A stretch of DNA of 63,826 nt, the filler included, from Rhabdomonas costata (lineage: Eukaryota): the NCBI GenBank assembly GCA_019059605.1. It is 35 parts of 35 records of this genome, joined end to end, with 100 filler letters (N's around TTAATTAATTAA, not from the genome) between each part and the next. Parts side by side here need not be neighbours in the genome. Positions count along the whole stretch, not along the records: positions 1 to 1,729 come from JAHMHO010009996.1; positions 1,830 to 3,556 come from JAHMHO010009997.1; positions 3,657 to 5,383 come from JAHMHO010009998.1; positions 5,484 to 7,210 come from JAHMHO010009999.1; positions 7,311 to 9,037 come from JAHMHO010010000.1; positions 9,138 to 10,864 come from JAHMHO010010001.1; positions 10,965 to 12,691 come from JAHMHO010010002.1; positions 12,792 to 14,532 come from JAHMHO010010003.1; 27 more parts are not named here. One strand, given 5' to 3'. Positions 1 through 13,244 of this stretch are shown piece by piece. The position numbers and the translations under genes are program-made. Each line of letters starts with the position of its first letter. Positions within the stretch are counted from its first letter, which is position 1. The notes beneath the pieces are model-generated. The model searched no databases. It was not told the DNA's origin and worked only from the letters and a program-made list of their open reading frames with translations.

Positions 1-55
1 CAGTGGGGCACGAAGTTGATGCAGGTTTAGGAGCAAAGTGAAGGCACATACAAAC

Positions 56-1685
56 CCTGCCCGCGATGACACACTCGTTGCCCTTCACCACCATGTCGCC
101 ACAGCCCGCGACGCAGGGCTTCCCCATGCCGCGCGCAACCACGGCTGACAAAGGGAAAGAAAAAGAAAAAGGTGTGTGTGCGTGGGAGAGCAGAACATCA
201 AAAGGGAGAAGGCCCCAGCAAGCACGATCCTACACGCACACCAGCGTGAGAGGTCATCCCTCCACGGGCGGTGAGGATACCCTCGGCAACATTCATCCCT
301 CCGATGTCCTCTGGGCTGGTCTCCAGCCGCACCAGCACCACCTGTGCGAGGGGTTTGGCGGGAGGGGCCGGGGGATGGAGAGGTGAAGAGGGGAGTGGCA
401 TCTTCTGACGTTTCTTATCTTGCCTGGGGACGCGAAAAAACAGTAAGCAGTAGAGAGAGATGCCACTCACCTTCTCGCCCTTCTTCACCCACTCCTCGGC
501 CTCCTCAGCCGTGAACACGACCTTCCCCACGGCCGCACCAGGGCTGGCGGGCAGACCCTTGGCCAGTGCCTTCAGCTTCAGCTTCGGGTCGATCATGGGG
601 TGCAGCAGCTGGTCGAGCTGCTTGGGCTCCACTCGGGAGATCGCCTCGTACTCCTCCAGAATACCCTCCTTCACCATGTCCACGGCGATCTTCACCGCGG
701 CGAAAGACGTACGCTTGCCGTTCCTAAACGACAGGCAGAAAGTGCAATTCCACAGGGGAAAGAGACGAAGGTGACGGGGAAGAAAGCATGGAAGCCCGCG
801 TCGCGGAGGGCTGCGGCGGAACCTTGTCTGCAGCATGTACACCTTCTTCTCCTCGATGGTGAACTCCATGTCCTGCATGTCTCGGTAGTGGCCCTGCAGC
901 AAGTCCTTGATGTCCACCAGCTCCTGAAAGTAAGGAGACACCACAAGAATGTGATTCCCCACCCACCTCCTGCTACCGTTTCCCCAGCAAAGCGCAGCAA
1001 CTAAAGAGCAACCCTTGGGCTGGAAAAGGGAAGAAGCACCTGGTAGGCAGAGGGCATGTACTCCTCCAGCGAGGGGAACTTAGCCTGAAAAGACATGGTT
1101 GCGTAATGTGATGATCCATCGACACAGAGTACAGCTGGAGTGCCGCAGGAAATTCTAAGCAACTTTCACTGTCCGGCGGTTGCCGTCGCGGGCGGACCGC
1201 GAGAAACCAAAAACGCACAGAAAAAAAATACCACGCGGTCAGCCTCGGAGACGTTGTTCTCCTTGGCCCAGTTAATGGACATCTCCTTGGTGATCTGCTG
1301 GGGAGTGCGAATCCCGGCAACCACGTCCTCGCCCTGTGAATACCCGCAGCGTCCGACCCCAGGAGTGAGGGGTTCAATGCCCAGCTCTTGCCCATCCCTT
1401 GCCCACCAGACTTGGGACAGACACACCCCCACGGGCGGTAGGTGGGCGAGCAAAAAGGCTGCCTTCGAGTACCTGGGCGTTGATGAGGTACTCCCCATAG
1501 TACTTGTTCTCCCCAGTGCTGGGGTTCCGGGAGAAGCACACTCCGGTGGCTGAGGTGGCGCCCGTGTTCCCGAAGACCATGCTCTGGACGTTCACCGCAG
1601 TGCCCAGCAGCCCCTTGATGTCATTGATCTCGCGGTACTTAATGGCCCTGGGGTTGTTCCAGCTGCCAAACACCGCAGTGATGGC
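56..1685 (-). CDS. PPDK: Pyruvate, phosphate dikinase, internal fragment (~301 aa); 7 exons: 1685-1473, 1333-1232, 1084-1040, 923-823, 723-471, 341-242, 144-56
   Basis: Phase-consistent GT-AG splicing yields [75 protein letters not shown] and the phospho-His motif [16 protein letters not shown]. Confidence 0.97.

Positions 1686-1687
<2 letters not shown>

Positions 1688-1728
<41 letters not shown>
1688..1728. repeat. (GA)n/(CT)n microsatellite at the contig end, directly upstream of a PPDK acceptor
   Basis: Perfect GA run; on the minus strand it reads (CT)n followed by CAG|GCCATC. Confidence 0.95.
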
Positions 1729-1729
<1 letters not shown>

Positions 1730-1829
1730 NNNNNNNNNNNNNNNNNNNNNNNNNNNNNNNNNNNNNNNNNNNNTTAATTAATTAANNNNNNNNNNNNNNN
1801 NNNNNNNNNNNNNNNNNNNNNNNNNNNNN
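1730..1829. other. Artificial contig spacer (44 N + TTAATTAATTAA + 44 N), first of 34 copies recurring every ~1826 nt
   Basis: Identical linker with stops in all six frames; flanking sequences are unrelated. Confidence 0.99.
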
Positions 1830-2604
1830 CAAGACATTTCGATAATTCTATGGTGTGCGCGGACCTGGTCTGACTCCGTGGAGACAAAAATCGACATTCG
1901 AGCACGGCCCAACTTCCACTGCCTCCGAAGGCTTCGGGCAGCCCGCAGAAACCTTGGCATACAAAACAGACATGTCATGATTGCAAAAAGACATATAGAT
2001 AAACATTCCCAACGCGTCATGCAGTCACTCACTTCACTCTAGGATTGAAAGGACGCCACCAAATTGATGGCGCGCACGTAGAACACATTCGCGAATCAGC
2101 ATCGATTTCCAAACAAGCGCCGGTCACGCCTGGAGGCAGCGTCTCGTCAATCGTACAAGCGCCATGCAAACACACTCTCCCACTCACTGCGAAATCAGTC
2201 TCACAATGGAAAAACACGAGGTGAGGTGATATCAGACAACGTTTCACAGCAACGCAACAACCTCGTTGTGCTCATCGTTATTTTCCCAAATGGGTATAGT
2301 GTGCCACTGCCCCCTATAGCCGATTTCTTAAGTTTAAAATGCTTTCTCGACCGTTTGACGGTGTCAAGCGTTTAACACCAAACCAAAAAAAATTGTTTTT
2401 CAAAAACGTTTTGTGTGCACTGGGGTTAGTCAAACGTGCCTATACCCTGTAGGTGATGTTATTCTCCGTTATTTTCCCAGACGACCCAAGACCTTGAACT
2501 CTGCTGCATATGGTGGAGATAGGTTCTCTGGGCAAGGGACAAAGCAGGGAGAACTCTATCATGTCTCGCTTGTTTTCTCTTTTGTGTGCTAAGCCGTGGC
2601 GCAG

Positions 2605-2750
2605 ACAGCCGCGACCGTCGCGTGCCCGTGGACTACCGTGAGATGATGCGCCACTCTTACGGGTCATCAGGGTATAGCGGGTACCCAGGGTACGGAGTTA
2701 TGACGGGGATGGATTACGGCTACCCTCCCCCTGGGACCTACTGGAGGTGA
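2605..2750 (+). CDS. Probable terminal exon encoding a Gly/Tyr/Pro-rich tail (..SRDRRVPVDYREMMRHSYGSSGYSGYPGYGVMTGMDYGYPPPGTYWR*)
   Basis: Pyrimidine tract plus CAG acceptor at 2604, GC3-rich codons, stop TGA at 2748-2750. Confidence 0.55.
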
Positions 2751-5700
2751 CCGAGCGGGTCTCGAAGGAGTCACGCTTCCTTTCTTTGTGACCTTCTACT
2801 TTTGAAAGCTTTGTGAAACTGCATTGTGCAGAATGAAGGGGAGTGTGGGACCACGGGTGTGGGGTGATTCTCTCTTAATGCCTCTTCCGACTGGTTTTTG
2901 GCTTCTGAAAAGTTTCCTTTTGTGAGATCTTTTCAGGGCGGAACACATTGCCAAGTGCGGCAGCATCCCTGCTTCCCTGACTGCTTCCCTTTCTTTCTGC
3001 TTCATCGACAGGATACCGTGACTTTGGTTACGTGGAGATATTAAGATGAACATTTCTGTCTTACCCTCGGGAGGAGGGTGGGAAGATAGATAACGCATCA
3101 GGAATGATTTTTGAACACAGCTCCACTTTCCAAGCTTGTGAAGGGTTCCAAATTATGCCCTCGGACAAGTGCAGGTCCTGCCTGGCTCTCATTCCACTCA
3201 CTCCGGTCCAAACCTACCCCTTTTTACCCCAATGGGCTCTCGGTTTTCCCCCATCGCACAGCCAAATTCCAGTTGAACAACCGAACCAAGCCGCAACGAT
3301 TCATCGAAGCGTTTTCGACCATAGCGAATCAAGAACAGTGATGGCTTGGGTCGTCGAACATACCACGAGCATGTGTGGTCACATAGGCATGTCGTGCTTC
3401 CTCTGTTCTGCCTCTCTTACCCTCCTTTCTTTGTCAACAATATGGAAACATTAAGGGGCTCGCGGTTCGACCGATACGCTGAAGCACACGTCAACCCAGT
3501 ACTACCTGCAGTAACCCACACAGAATCCCACGCCATGCAGCAAGAGACCCACAAACNNNNNNNNNNNNNNNNNNNNNNNNNNNNNNNNNNNNNNNNNNNN
3601 TTAATTAATTAANNNNNNNNNNNNNNNNNNNNNNNNNNNNNNNNNNNNNNNNNNNNGGGTTGGTGTGTGTTTTTATGAAAACTTTTGGCAAACGGTTTGC
3701 AAATAAACGAACGAACGTGAAAGCTAAAAACTTTTGATCCAACAACCAGCCGTTCAAGAAATGCCATGTGACATATTAGGATCTCTGCGTGTAAACTGCA
3801 CACCGCCTCAGAGAACGTGGTGGAATGGTGACCACGAAGAAAGATTAAACACTAAAACATACACACTGGTTTTATGGCAAAATCAACCGACACAGAACTA
3901 TTTATAGCGCACAAAAATATAAAATAAAACCAATTTTCTTGTCTGACACGTAGTTTCACTCAGCTCATTGGGGCCGCAATGGCCTTGGAAAAGACAAATT
4001 AAAAGTCAGCAAACGTGTAAATTACCAAAATGGAGCACAGCGTACCACAGAGCACGAAAGCAAGCAACAGCAAAGCCAAAGGTCCAAATGTAACAGCTTT
4101 GACAGTGAAATATCCGTCCGGTGCCACCATACACAGGTTGGCCGGAATCATTTTTCCCAAAACGTGGCATTACATACCTATGGCACCTTGTTACATACTG
4201 GCTTGTTGCGGCCATTTTCCACATGCTTGAATTTTGCCCCTTGTCGATTGCCGGGAATGAAGAGCAGCTTCATCCAATTGGAGACGCTATGGATGATTTT
4301 ATCCCGATCACTTGTTGAGGATTGGATCTAGCAGGTGTCAGCATCACTCGGTCTTATTTTCCGCGTTTCCAAGCGGAGCAGCCATCCGTGTATCCGATTA
4401 CCAAGCCGGTTTGTCACACTCTATCAACTAGGAGTTAACTCCGGAACTCGTCGAACCTGATTGGTAGGGAGTGGTTTTCCAACTCTAAACTGTTATGAAA
4501 AACACTTTAACAAATTTACTGCTGGGGTGTGTTGGCACGAACCTCTGGAAGATGTGGGTTTCAACCAGCAGGAAGTACTCTGCAAACAACGTCTTTGGCG
4601 GTTTGGGCTCCGCCTGGCCATATGCAGCAATCATGTGCTGCCCGAGTGTTTGGGGATTGGGCTGCTACCTGGTAATTTTGTGGTTATCTCCGCGCTGCTG
4701 CTGCTGCTGATTCTCCATGACATAAGCCCTCAAGGTTCGGTGGGCAGACCCGGCTACCATGGAAAAGGTGAGATGGGGGGTGGGGAATTCCGTATTGGGT
4801 GTTGCTTCGCACGAGGTGTCCCGCAACTCCCTTGGCAGCAAACACTTGCTGAAAAAGAAATTCTTACAGAAAAAAGCTATGACTGCACTTCTAGAGTGTG
4901 AATGGAAGCACAGACATGAAGGCGAGCGGCGCCTTCCATGAAATGACTTAGTAATCCTTAGTGCTGTCACTGTGTACTTGCGGTATTTTTGGCAAAGCCC
5001 AATATGTCGTGAAAGCAAATCTTATCCAAAAAATTACATTCATCACACAGCTTAACTTGCCGCAAAAAGCCTTGATAACATCATTTTTGCTGTCCCTATG
5101 AGCCGCCAGCCAGAAGATGGTCTCGTCTCAACGATTTCAGCTTCTGTACAAAGAGGCATACGGACAGTACTGTGAAACCAACAGTACCACGCTACGTTCA
5201 GCGATGATTTTGTCAAGTACCTCGTCCAACAGCGACAACGGAGGATATGAAAAAAATGATTTTTTACGGTCACCAGTTGAATTTGAAGGCGTTTTAACCC
5301 CCGGCCCGCAGGCCTCCATGATCAGCCGAATAGTACCTGAGCAACTGATGATGTTTTCAGCTTGCGAACAGACCCCCCCAACCNNNNNNNNNNNNNNNNN
5401 NNNNNNNNNNNNNNNNNNNNNNNNNNNTTAATTAATTAANNNNNNNNNNNNNNNNNNNNNNNNNNNNNNNNNNNNNNNNNNNNGCCGGCCTTCGCACCTA
5501 AGATAATCTTATCCCAATTTTCTGCCAAAGCCCAGCAATGACAACTCCAAAATTCCCCAATGGCAAAAGAAAACGTTTAGCAGTGCAGAATTTTAAACGC
5601 CCCCCTCAACGCAACTGTCGCCAAAAGGTTCAACAATTGTCCCCAAGAAAGTTTGTCCTGACGAAACTAAAGAATTGGGAAGTGAAACGCAAGGCAAGTG

Positions 5701-5930
5701 AGAAGTGCAATTGCGAGAAGGGTAACTTTGAAGGGCAGCAGACAAAGATACCTGCGACCTGTGTGCATATGACGTATGCACTCGGTAGGGTATGCACATA
5801 TTTGAAGTTTGCCTGGTATATCTCAGCATTTCATTCAGATGTGTTTTAAGCTGCCCTCAAACCATCACGTTGGGCGAGCTCCGGTTTTTGTTTCGTCTCT
5901 CACTCACTCACTTTGGGCTCCGTCGCACAG

Positions 5931-6201
5931 GAATGTGTTCCGGCTGCAGCTCCGGCGGTGGAATTCCCAATTCAAGGCCGCCCAGGAGGAGCTGGCCACG
6001 GCTCACAGGGAGCTCTCGCAGACGCCGGGCGCTCCTGTTTTCCATCCCCCAGTCGTCCTGTCATGTGCAAGTTATCCCTTAACGTTCGCCAGGTGCACTC
6101 GCCCCGTCCATCTTCGGCTGGAGGCTCTGCAGGAAAAGCTCCAGCTGGTGGTATCAGAGCGCCCGAAGTTCAACTTCACCGTCAGCGGCGTGGCCCGTTC
6201 G
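5931..6201 (+). CDS. Exon(s) of a coiled-coil hypothetical protein
   Basis: CACAG acceptor at 5930; NVFRLQLRRWNSQFKAAQEELATAHRELSQT...LEALQEKLQLVVSERPKFNFTV; GTGTGC donor after 6201; internal structure unresolved. Confidence 0.5.
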
Positions 6202-7889
6202 GTGTGCCTGATATATGGCGCGGGTCATGTCAAAAGCGAGAATTACTGCTGAGATAATAATTCGGCAAAACACACCACGGGAGCTCATAGACGAGATGCC
6301 ATGACACTCGGTAAGGTCGTTTACTGTCCAAATAAGCTTGAAAATGTCCTGAAGCACCACATAAAGTCGGGTGCCATGAGAGAAAACCACGTCCCTATGT
6401 CGCCTTTTCGTTGCGCCGTTTTGGGAAGATACGTATTCCCGCCAAACAAGCTGTTCAGATGCAACCATTGAACAGAAATTCTGCAGCAGACTTTTTTATT
6501 AGTAAATATTACTTATAATCAAAAACCTCCATCTCAAAAACGTTCACTTGGTGACGCGGGTAATTGAATGTGGCGTAGTTGAACCATGGTGCCCCTCTGC
6601 CTTTTGTGTCTGCCTTTTGAGAAGTGAGAAATAGGGACAAGGAGCACTGACTGACCATTTAAGCTTGATTAGGTGAAGGCTGCTTTTCGTGGGTGGAGTT
6701 TTGCATGTGATGTTGTCGACCGTGAAGATGCGGCTGTTCTACGGGGCTACTGTGGAACCCGAAGACGTCTCGCCCTCTTGAGGAGGAAAAGAATGGTTGA
6801 GGTTCAGGAAGCAAATAAGAGGGAACGAGAGTCGGGAATTTCCTGGTCTGTTTTCGGCTTTTTCAGGAGCTCTTGAGGACACTCGGCCGCCCCAGACCAC
6901 TTCAGGCTCCCAATGACCCTGCCTCCGCTTTGGCTGGGGGCTCAGTTGTCGGGTCTTTTCAGACAGCCAGACAACCTGAAGGTGTCTCCCTGGTTGGTGT
7001 TTAAAAGGGCTCTTCCTGAGATATTGCACTTCAGCGCCCTCGCCGGGACAGGCAATTTGTTGTGGACAATGGTCCTTGCTTCAGTTTTTCAATGCGTAGT
7101 GGCTGCAACGACAACTGCAACAGTGGTGACCACAGATACCCACGTGCTCAAAGAGCAGGCAGTGCAGATCTGCACGTGACCACCCCCACCCCCCAACCAC
7201 ACCCACCACANNNNNNNNNNNNNNNNNNNNNNNNNNNNNNNNNNNNNNNNNNNNTTAATTAATTAANNNNNNNNNNNNNNNNNNNNNNNNNNNNNNNNNN
7301 NNNNNNNNNNGGTTGGGGGGCGTTATACCGTTCAACGCCCTCCCTTCCCCAATACACCTGACCGATATATTGCATCCGCGGTCGGGACGTAACAATTCAC
7401 CATGGAATTTTTTTAGTCCAATTCAATGACCGAAAATACCGTGTGCCATGTCTGTTTTGATAGTGGTTACTGTGGTATGCGCTGGTTGGCTGCTGCGCCA
7501 CTACTGCCACCACGGGTGGATGCTGAGTCGGCATGGTTCACCCTTGGGCCGGGTTGGCATTGTTTGCATCGGCTATTTTATCTGCTTCCCTGTTCCCTTA
7601 CTACTGCTCATTGATCTGATGTTTCAGAGATGTTCAATAGAAGACGCCAAAACGCTTCTTTCGTTGATAGGACGAAGACCCACTGATTTCTGGAGAAGCC
7701 ATCCAAACTTTTGGGGATGTGATTTCCCGGGTGCATATTTTAGCTGCCACCGGATCTCTCTAACTTACCGTCTTCGCTCGTTCTTCTCACCTAAACTTCC
7801 TCGAGTTGTTTCTCTCTCTCTCTGCCTGTCTTTGTGGCTCCCGCGCACACTGTTCACGCCCACGAATGAGTGGGTCTTGGTCTTCCGCG

Positions 7890-8099
7890 ATGGACTCCTC
7901 TCCCATCTCGTCCTCCTCCTCCTCTCCCGTTGTGCTGGTGTCGCCCATGGGGTTTGGTGATGCGGGGGACCGCTCTTCTTCGCGGAGGCACCTCCAGGAG
8001 GACGCGGCCTCCGGGCAGCCCTCGCTGGCCTCGGACACAGCCCCTATCGCTCAGGCCACGCTGGACGAGCTGAGCCTAAACGAGCATAGCAATCTTCAC
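7890..8099 (+). CDS. Probable first exon of a hypothetical Ser-rich protein (MDSSPISSSSSS...LDELSLNEHSNLH)
   Basis: ATG after a pyrimidine-rich leader, GC3-rich frame, GT donor at 8100. Confidence 0.4.
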
Positions 8100-11000
8100 G
8101 TCGAGTGCGTGCGCTGCTTGCTGCCTGCCTCCCGGCGCTAGCGCATCTTCCCTTCCATCGGATCCTTCATCTCGACTGGAGCTTGGTTTCACCTATTCTC
8201 GTCTCGAAAGCTTTTACGGATGCAAGAAGTTGAACCGACACATCTTATTTCACCTTCTCTCAGTTTCTTTTGCAGAATGTATATTTTAACCAAACCAATG
8301 TACATGGTCTTAGTCGGTTGTTGGATGCCTGGTCTGGCAGCCTCATAACATTACCTGTGTGCAGATAGGTGGTTTTATGTAATGACAGGACGATATTTTT
8401 TTTTTGGGTGCGACTTATTCATTAGTGCTGCCAAACGGTGAGGTACCCAATATTTCATGGGTTAAACTCCGCTGCCAGCCCCCCCCAAGTATCGCGTTTG
8501 CTCCGGTGACCACGAAAACCGAAAAACTGCGCCTTCCCAGTTAATGTTTTGGTTTCAGCCGCCCCGCAGTGGACTGGCCTGCTCCTTTCAAAGCACGGGT
8601 CCGTTTGGGGTTTGGTAGAGGGGGTTGGGTGCCATCATAAGGTGGGAACACCTGGACCAGTACCGCCTTGCGGCCAGCGCGGCCGCAGTGTACGCCTTTG
8701 ACGAGGGCCTGATGTTCCCGTTCTGGGTCACGAAAACTCGCCAACAGGTCGTGGGCGCTTTCGCACGCGTTTCTGGACTGTGGTGAACGCGAGCTGGATC
8801 GTGGGGATTACAAGCAATAATGGTAGTACGTCAAACATTCAACTCATCTTACGGATACTTGGAGCAAAATGGCCCCTTGCATTGCCGAACTTCCCGGATG
8901 CATACCTTTTGTTCTAACGCGTTTTCTGTGGCGGGGTTGAAATGTTATGACATCTTCTTTTGGCGTCAAAAAGTTACTGCGTCCACCACAATATTGGAGG
9001 CAGCTATTAAATCACGAAGGGCATGCAAAGGGCAAGTNNNNNNNNNNNNNNNNNNNNNNNNNNNNNNNNNNNNNNNNNNNNTTAATTAATTAANNNNNNN
9101 NNNNNNNNNNNNNNNNNNNNNNNNNNNNNNNNNNNNNGTTTGTCAGGGGAAGGAGAGGAAAAGAACAGACCAGGAAGGGAATGAACGAGATAGAAAGAAA
9201 GCGTGCGGAAAGAAAACTGGAGTGAAGGCGAAAGAGAGAGAGAGAGGAACGAGACGTTCAGGTCTGAACTCCATTATGCACTGCGGTGCAGTTCTGAACG
9301 TATGATGTATTTTTGAAAGCAGTTCCCAAATGGGTGCCACTGCAAAAAAAACCAAATACCACTTACAAGGGAGGGGGAGAGGGGCGGTTGGAAGCGAAAG
9401 CCGTACACATTACTTATCACAGCGCACGACTTTAAAAATAATGAAAATTTCTTCTTAATTTCCACTAATTTTGACACGTGTTGAGCAAGAAAGAATTATA
9501 CAAAGCAAACCACACAATTACCTCCATCATGGTCATACGGACCACCGACGAGTTGGCCCGGTGACGGTGCCAAGCAAACCGTATGTGCTCGACGGCTCTC
9601 AGGAGCGGCTCGTACAGGGCCCAAAGCACAAGGCTTCCGAATGCGCACAGGAAAAGCCCAATCATTTCGATGACCGGAAAGCGAGAACAGGAGCTGTGGG
9701 AGCTAAGGTGAGACTGTTTTGGTGCTCTCCACGCACACCCACAACTTAACAATGACTTGACAATGAATCAATTTTGACCGATACAGTACCCTAACTCACC
9801 ATTTACGATAAAAATTCAGAAGGCGAACGAAATTAAAAAAAAAATACTGGCCTATAAATACAGCGATCACTGAACCTGCCGGCTTCAGCGATAATCGGTA
9901 CGAAGACGTGCTGGGTCTTGCAGAATAATACCACATAGCGTGTGATCACTTGTTTTTCGACAGTGGATGTTCCCACCCAGGGTTCCCCGTATTTTTACAG
10001 AAACTTTTCGTTCACGTTCTTTTCTTTGCATTTTCCTACTTTTGCAAACAACGCATAAATTCGCATATTCGTATTTACAGTGTACAAAAATATGAGGATC
10101 CCTGCCCTATCTCACAGACCCACCACTACCCCTCGATGGCTGGGACAGTCTCACAATAGACGAAAGCACAATTAATTGCGAGAGAAAAAAAGCAGAGCAA
10201 AGGCAAAGGTTTCACATCGCAAAAGGGACAGGGAATGCAAGCAATAATATAACCGAGAATCTTGTCTGCCCAATGAAAACATAACAGGTGCAAACACAGA
10301 AGAATCGCGCGGTGACGAGTGGTTTGTGAAAAATTTACTCGCGGCCTGAAAACCTAAATTTCTGGCTCATCTGAGTATTTAAAACAAAACCAGGGTGGGG
10401 AATTCGGACGGTGAGGAGAACCGCGCATTCCAATTCCCAATCTCAAGAAGTCCTTTGGCGCCGTGCACGGGTCCGTAGAAATTTATTTGTGTGCGCGTGG
10501 AGGGCACAATCATTCCATCTTGATTCCTATTTCCGGTCCATTCACGCGCACCAACGAAAAGAGAGTTTTTCTTCTAACGGTAAGTAGCGAATGGGAAAGT
10601 GAGCTAAGTTAAGTAAGTCAGGGACGGAGAACTGTAAGTTGCGAGTGATTTGAGCGGTAGCAGAAAACTGAACAAAATTTTGGCCAGCCTTAAGAAGTGA
10701 CTCTGTCTGTTCACAATGGGAAGGTAAATGTACGTTTCAGTGCATCCTGAATGAGATTTCTTTTTGTTTTCTTCGAAAACTTCTGTTTTCCGGCGCCGGC
10801 ACGCACGCCCGGGAACATGTGATAACACAAATGCACGGTCACACTTCACGGTGTACAAACAAACNNNNNNNNNNNNNNNNNNNNNNNNNNNNNNNNNNNN
10901 NNNNNNNNTTAATTAATTAANNNNNNNNNNNNNNNNNNNNNNNNNNNNNNNNNNNNNNNNNNNNGTTGGTTTGGGGTTCCGCGCCAAAACGGCAAACTGA

Positions 11001-11124
11001 ATGAAAAGAAAAAAACAGAAACGGGAAAGAAAGAAACGGGAACTTGGGAACTTCCCAGAATTAGAACAGAGGTATGGCTATTCTGGTGCTGAGTGAGCGC
11101 GATGGGATGGGTTTGCAGCCATAC

Positions 11125-11926
11125 TTGAGGTCCTTGGCGAGCTGAGCTCGGATCGCCTTCCTCTGCGCATCTTCTGCCGCGACCCAGTTCCGCAACACCT
11201 TTTTCGCACGTAGGGCGGAGAAACGAAAGAGGCAGGACCGAAACTGCGGGACACATATATCGACGACTCGAACCGAAAAAGCAGGAAACAAGCAAGAGGC
11301 CAAAACCCTTAACCACAGAGAGGCGCCATCTACAGGGGCCCTTTGGTAGGGGGAGGGGGCATAGTAGGTTCAGCTAAGCGTTCTTTTTTTGTTTGCTTTT
11401 TTGTTGAGTTTGGGGCACTGAAACAGAAGCGGATGGCTGACTTGGGACGCCCCATGGGGTGGCGATGTTCAACATTTTGTGTTAAACGACTGGAGCGGTC
11501 GTTTTTTTTTGGAACTAGTCAGACACGCGGTTAATTTAAGGAGGGAAAGTAAAAATACTTGACTGTTCAGAAATGCTTCAGAGACGTTTACACTCCCCCA
11601 TCCACACATTCACATATCCACACCTGGGAAAGGAAATAGTCGCGACGGCGGGTGAATCTTCGGAAACATCTCTGGATCCGAATGACCTTCTCCAGAAGCG
11701 CGCGCACCCGGAACTTGAACTGTGCAAGTGGCTGGGACATCCACTGCAGCCCCGAGACCACCGCGGTTGTAGCAGGAACAGGGTTGAAGCCGTCGTGCAG
11801 GCGCGGGACATGCCGAAGTCTGTGCTTCGCAGCGAAGTCGTGGATGAAACAGTCCGTCCCCCATAACAAATCCCGGTTCCTGGAGTACTCTTCAAATGAC
11901 TCAAACACGAGGGTGGTATTTTCCAT
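11125..11926 (-). CDS. IQ-motif-containing hypothetical protein, 5' part; exons ~11926-11624 and 11198-11125
   Basis: VIRIQRCFRRFTRRR IQ-like motif; CAG|GTGTGG donor and AAG|GTGTTG acceptor join in frame to VLRNWVAAEDAQRKAIRAQLAKDL. Confidence 0.6.
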
Positions 11927-12974
11927 TGAGTTGAGCAAATTGAGAATGTGAGGATAGAGGAGAGTTGGGAAGAAGAGGAGTAGACGAGAAAGAGGAAAAA
12001 GAGGTTGGAGGGGGAAGAAAATGGGGGGAAAACGCCCACCCACCCCAAAAAAAACTGCGCGGGAGAGCACCAGAGCATTTTGGAGTCAAGGCTCGATTAA
12101 TATGGCTTGCTATTGCCCATTGCCACAAAATGCACGTGTAAAACCCTTGTTATTGAAACCAATGACTTGCAGATGTAAATGTTGCCCATAGTAAATAAAG
12201 GGCTCCTGACTTCTCGGTGTGTAAACGTTATGCATGCGCATTCCTGCAACAGTGCCAATACCACAATCCACAAGTTAAAATCACAACGTTTCTATTACAA
12301 AGAACGACCTCCGCCTGCAACGGGTGTGAGCGGAAATAAAAGGTAAACATACAGCTCTGTGAAACCTCTTTAAAAATAAAGTAGACATATAAACACAACC
12401 ACAATCATTCAAATCCACTGACAATCCAAAGGCAATGCAATCTTTTGATTATTAGCAGCCAACGTCTCAGGGACTATTGTTCAGTGCACGCGCCATCTCG
12501 AAGTGTTGAGAGATCTGCTATAAGGAGTCATCATCATAAGGAATCATTCCTAAGAAAAAGCATGACAGACTTCCATGCTCCGACCCAGCGCATGCCTATC
12601 TCGATCGCGTTGTATGCGCGTTACATCCGCCAGAGCCCTGGCTTCAACATTTGTCGTACTAGAAGGGGAAATTCTTCAGTCACACAACCACNNNNNNNNN
12701 NNNNNNNNNNNNNNNNNNNNNNNNNNNNNNNNNNNTTAATTAATTAANNNNNNNNNNNNNNNNNNNNNNNNNNNNNNNNNNNNNNNNNNNNTTTTTTTTG
12801 GCTTGTGTACAAAAACGTCCGAAAGAAACGCTGTGTCCTCCCCGGAGCGAGAAACCCTTGTCAGGGTGTGGTGCGGGGGAGATACTACGGTAAAATCAAA
12901 CAAATGGTGATTGACCTCACCTGCCCTCACCGGACTGTGATTCACAATTCCATGGCGATGTCCCTTTCACCCAG

Positions 12975-13208
12975 TGAGAATTTTGTTGAGCTTGCTCGAC
13001 GAGGCTACTACACGGCACCACCTTTCACCGCGTAGTGAAGGACTTCGTCATCCAAGGGGGTGACCCCACTGGCACTGGACGCGGAGGAAAGTCGATCTAC
13101 GGGGCTCCCTTCGCCGACGAGTGCGTCAGCTCTTTGCGTCACACCGGTGCAGGTGCTTTCTGCCGTGGACTCTCCATTACCTGCTCCATTCGCTTGGACC
13201 TCTCCCGA

Positions 13209-13244
<36 letters not shown>

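Noticed and set aside
198-962. ORF-track proteins taken at face value (e.g. the 254-aa PPDK ORF and many 60-150-aa ORFs)
   Set aside because: They read through introns, are antisense shadows of GC-rich exons, or run into N spacers.
3657-5383. Broken coding-like frames suggesting a decayed transposon
   Set aside because: No recognisable transposase or RT motif could be identified.
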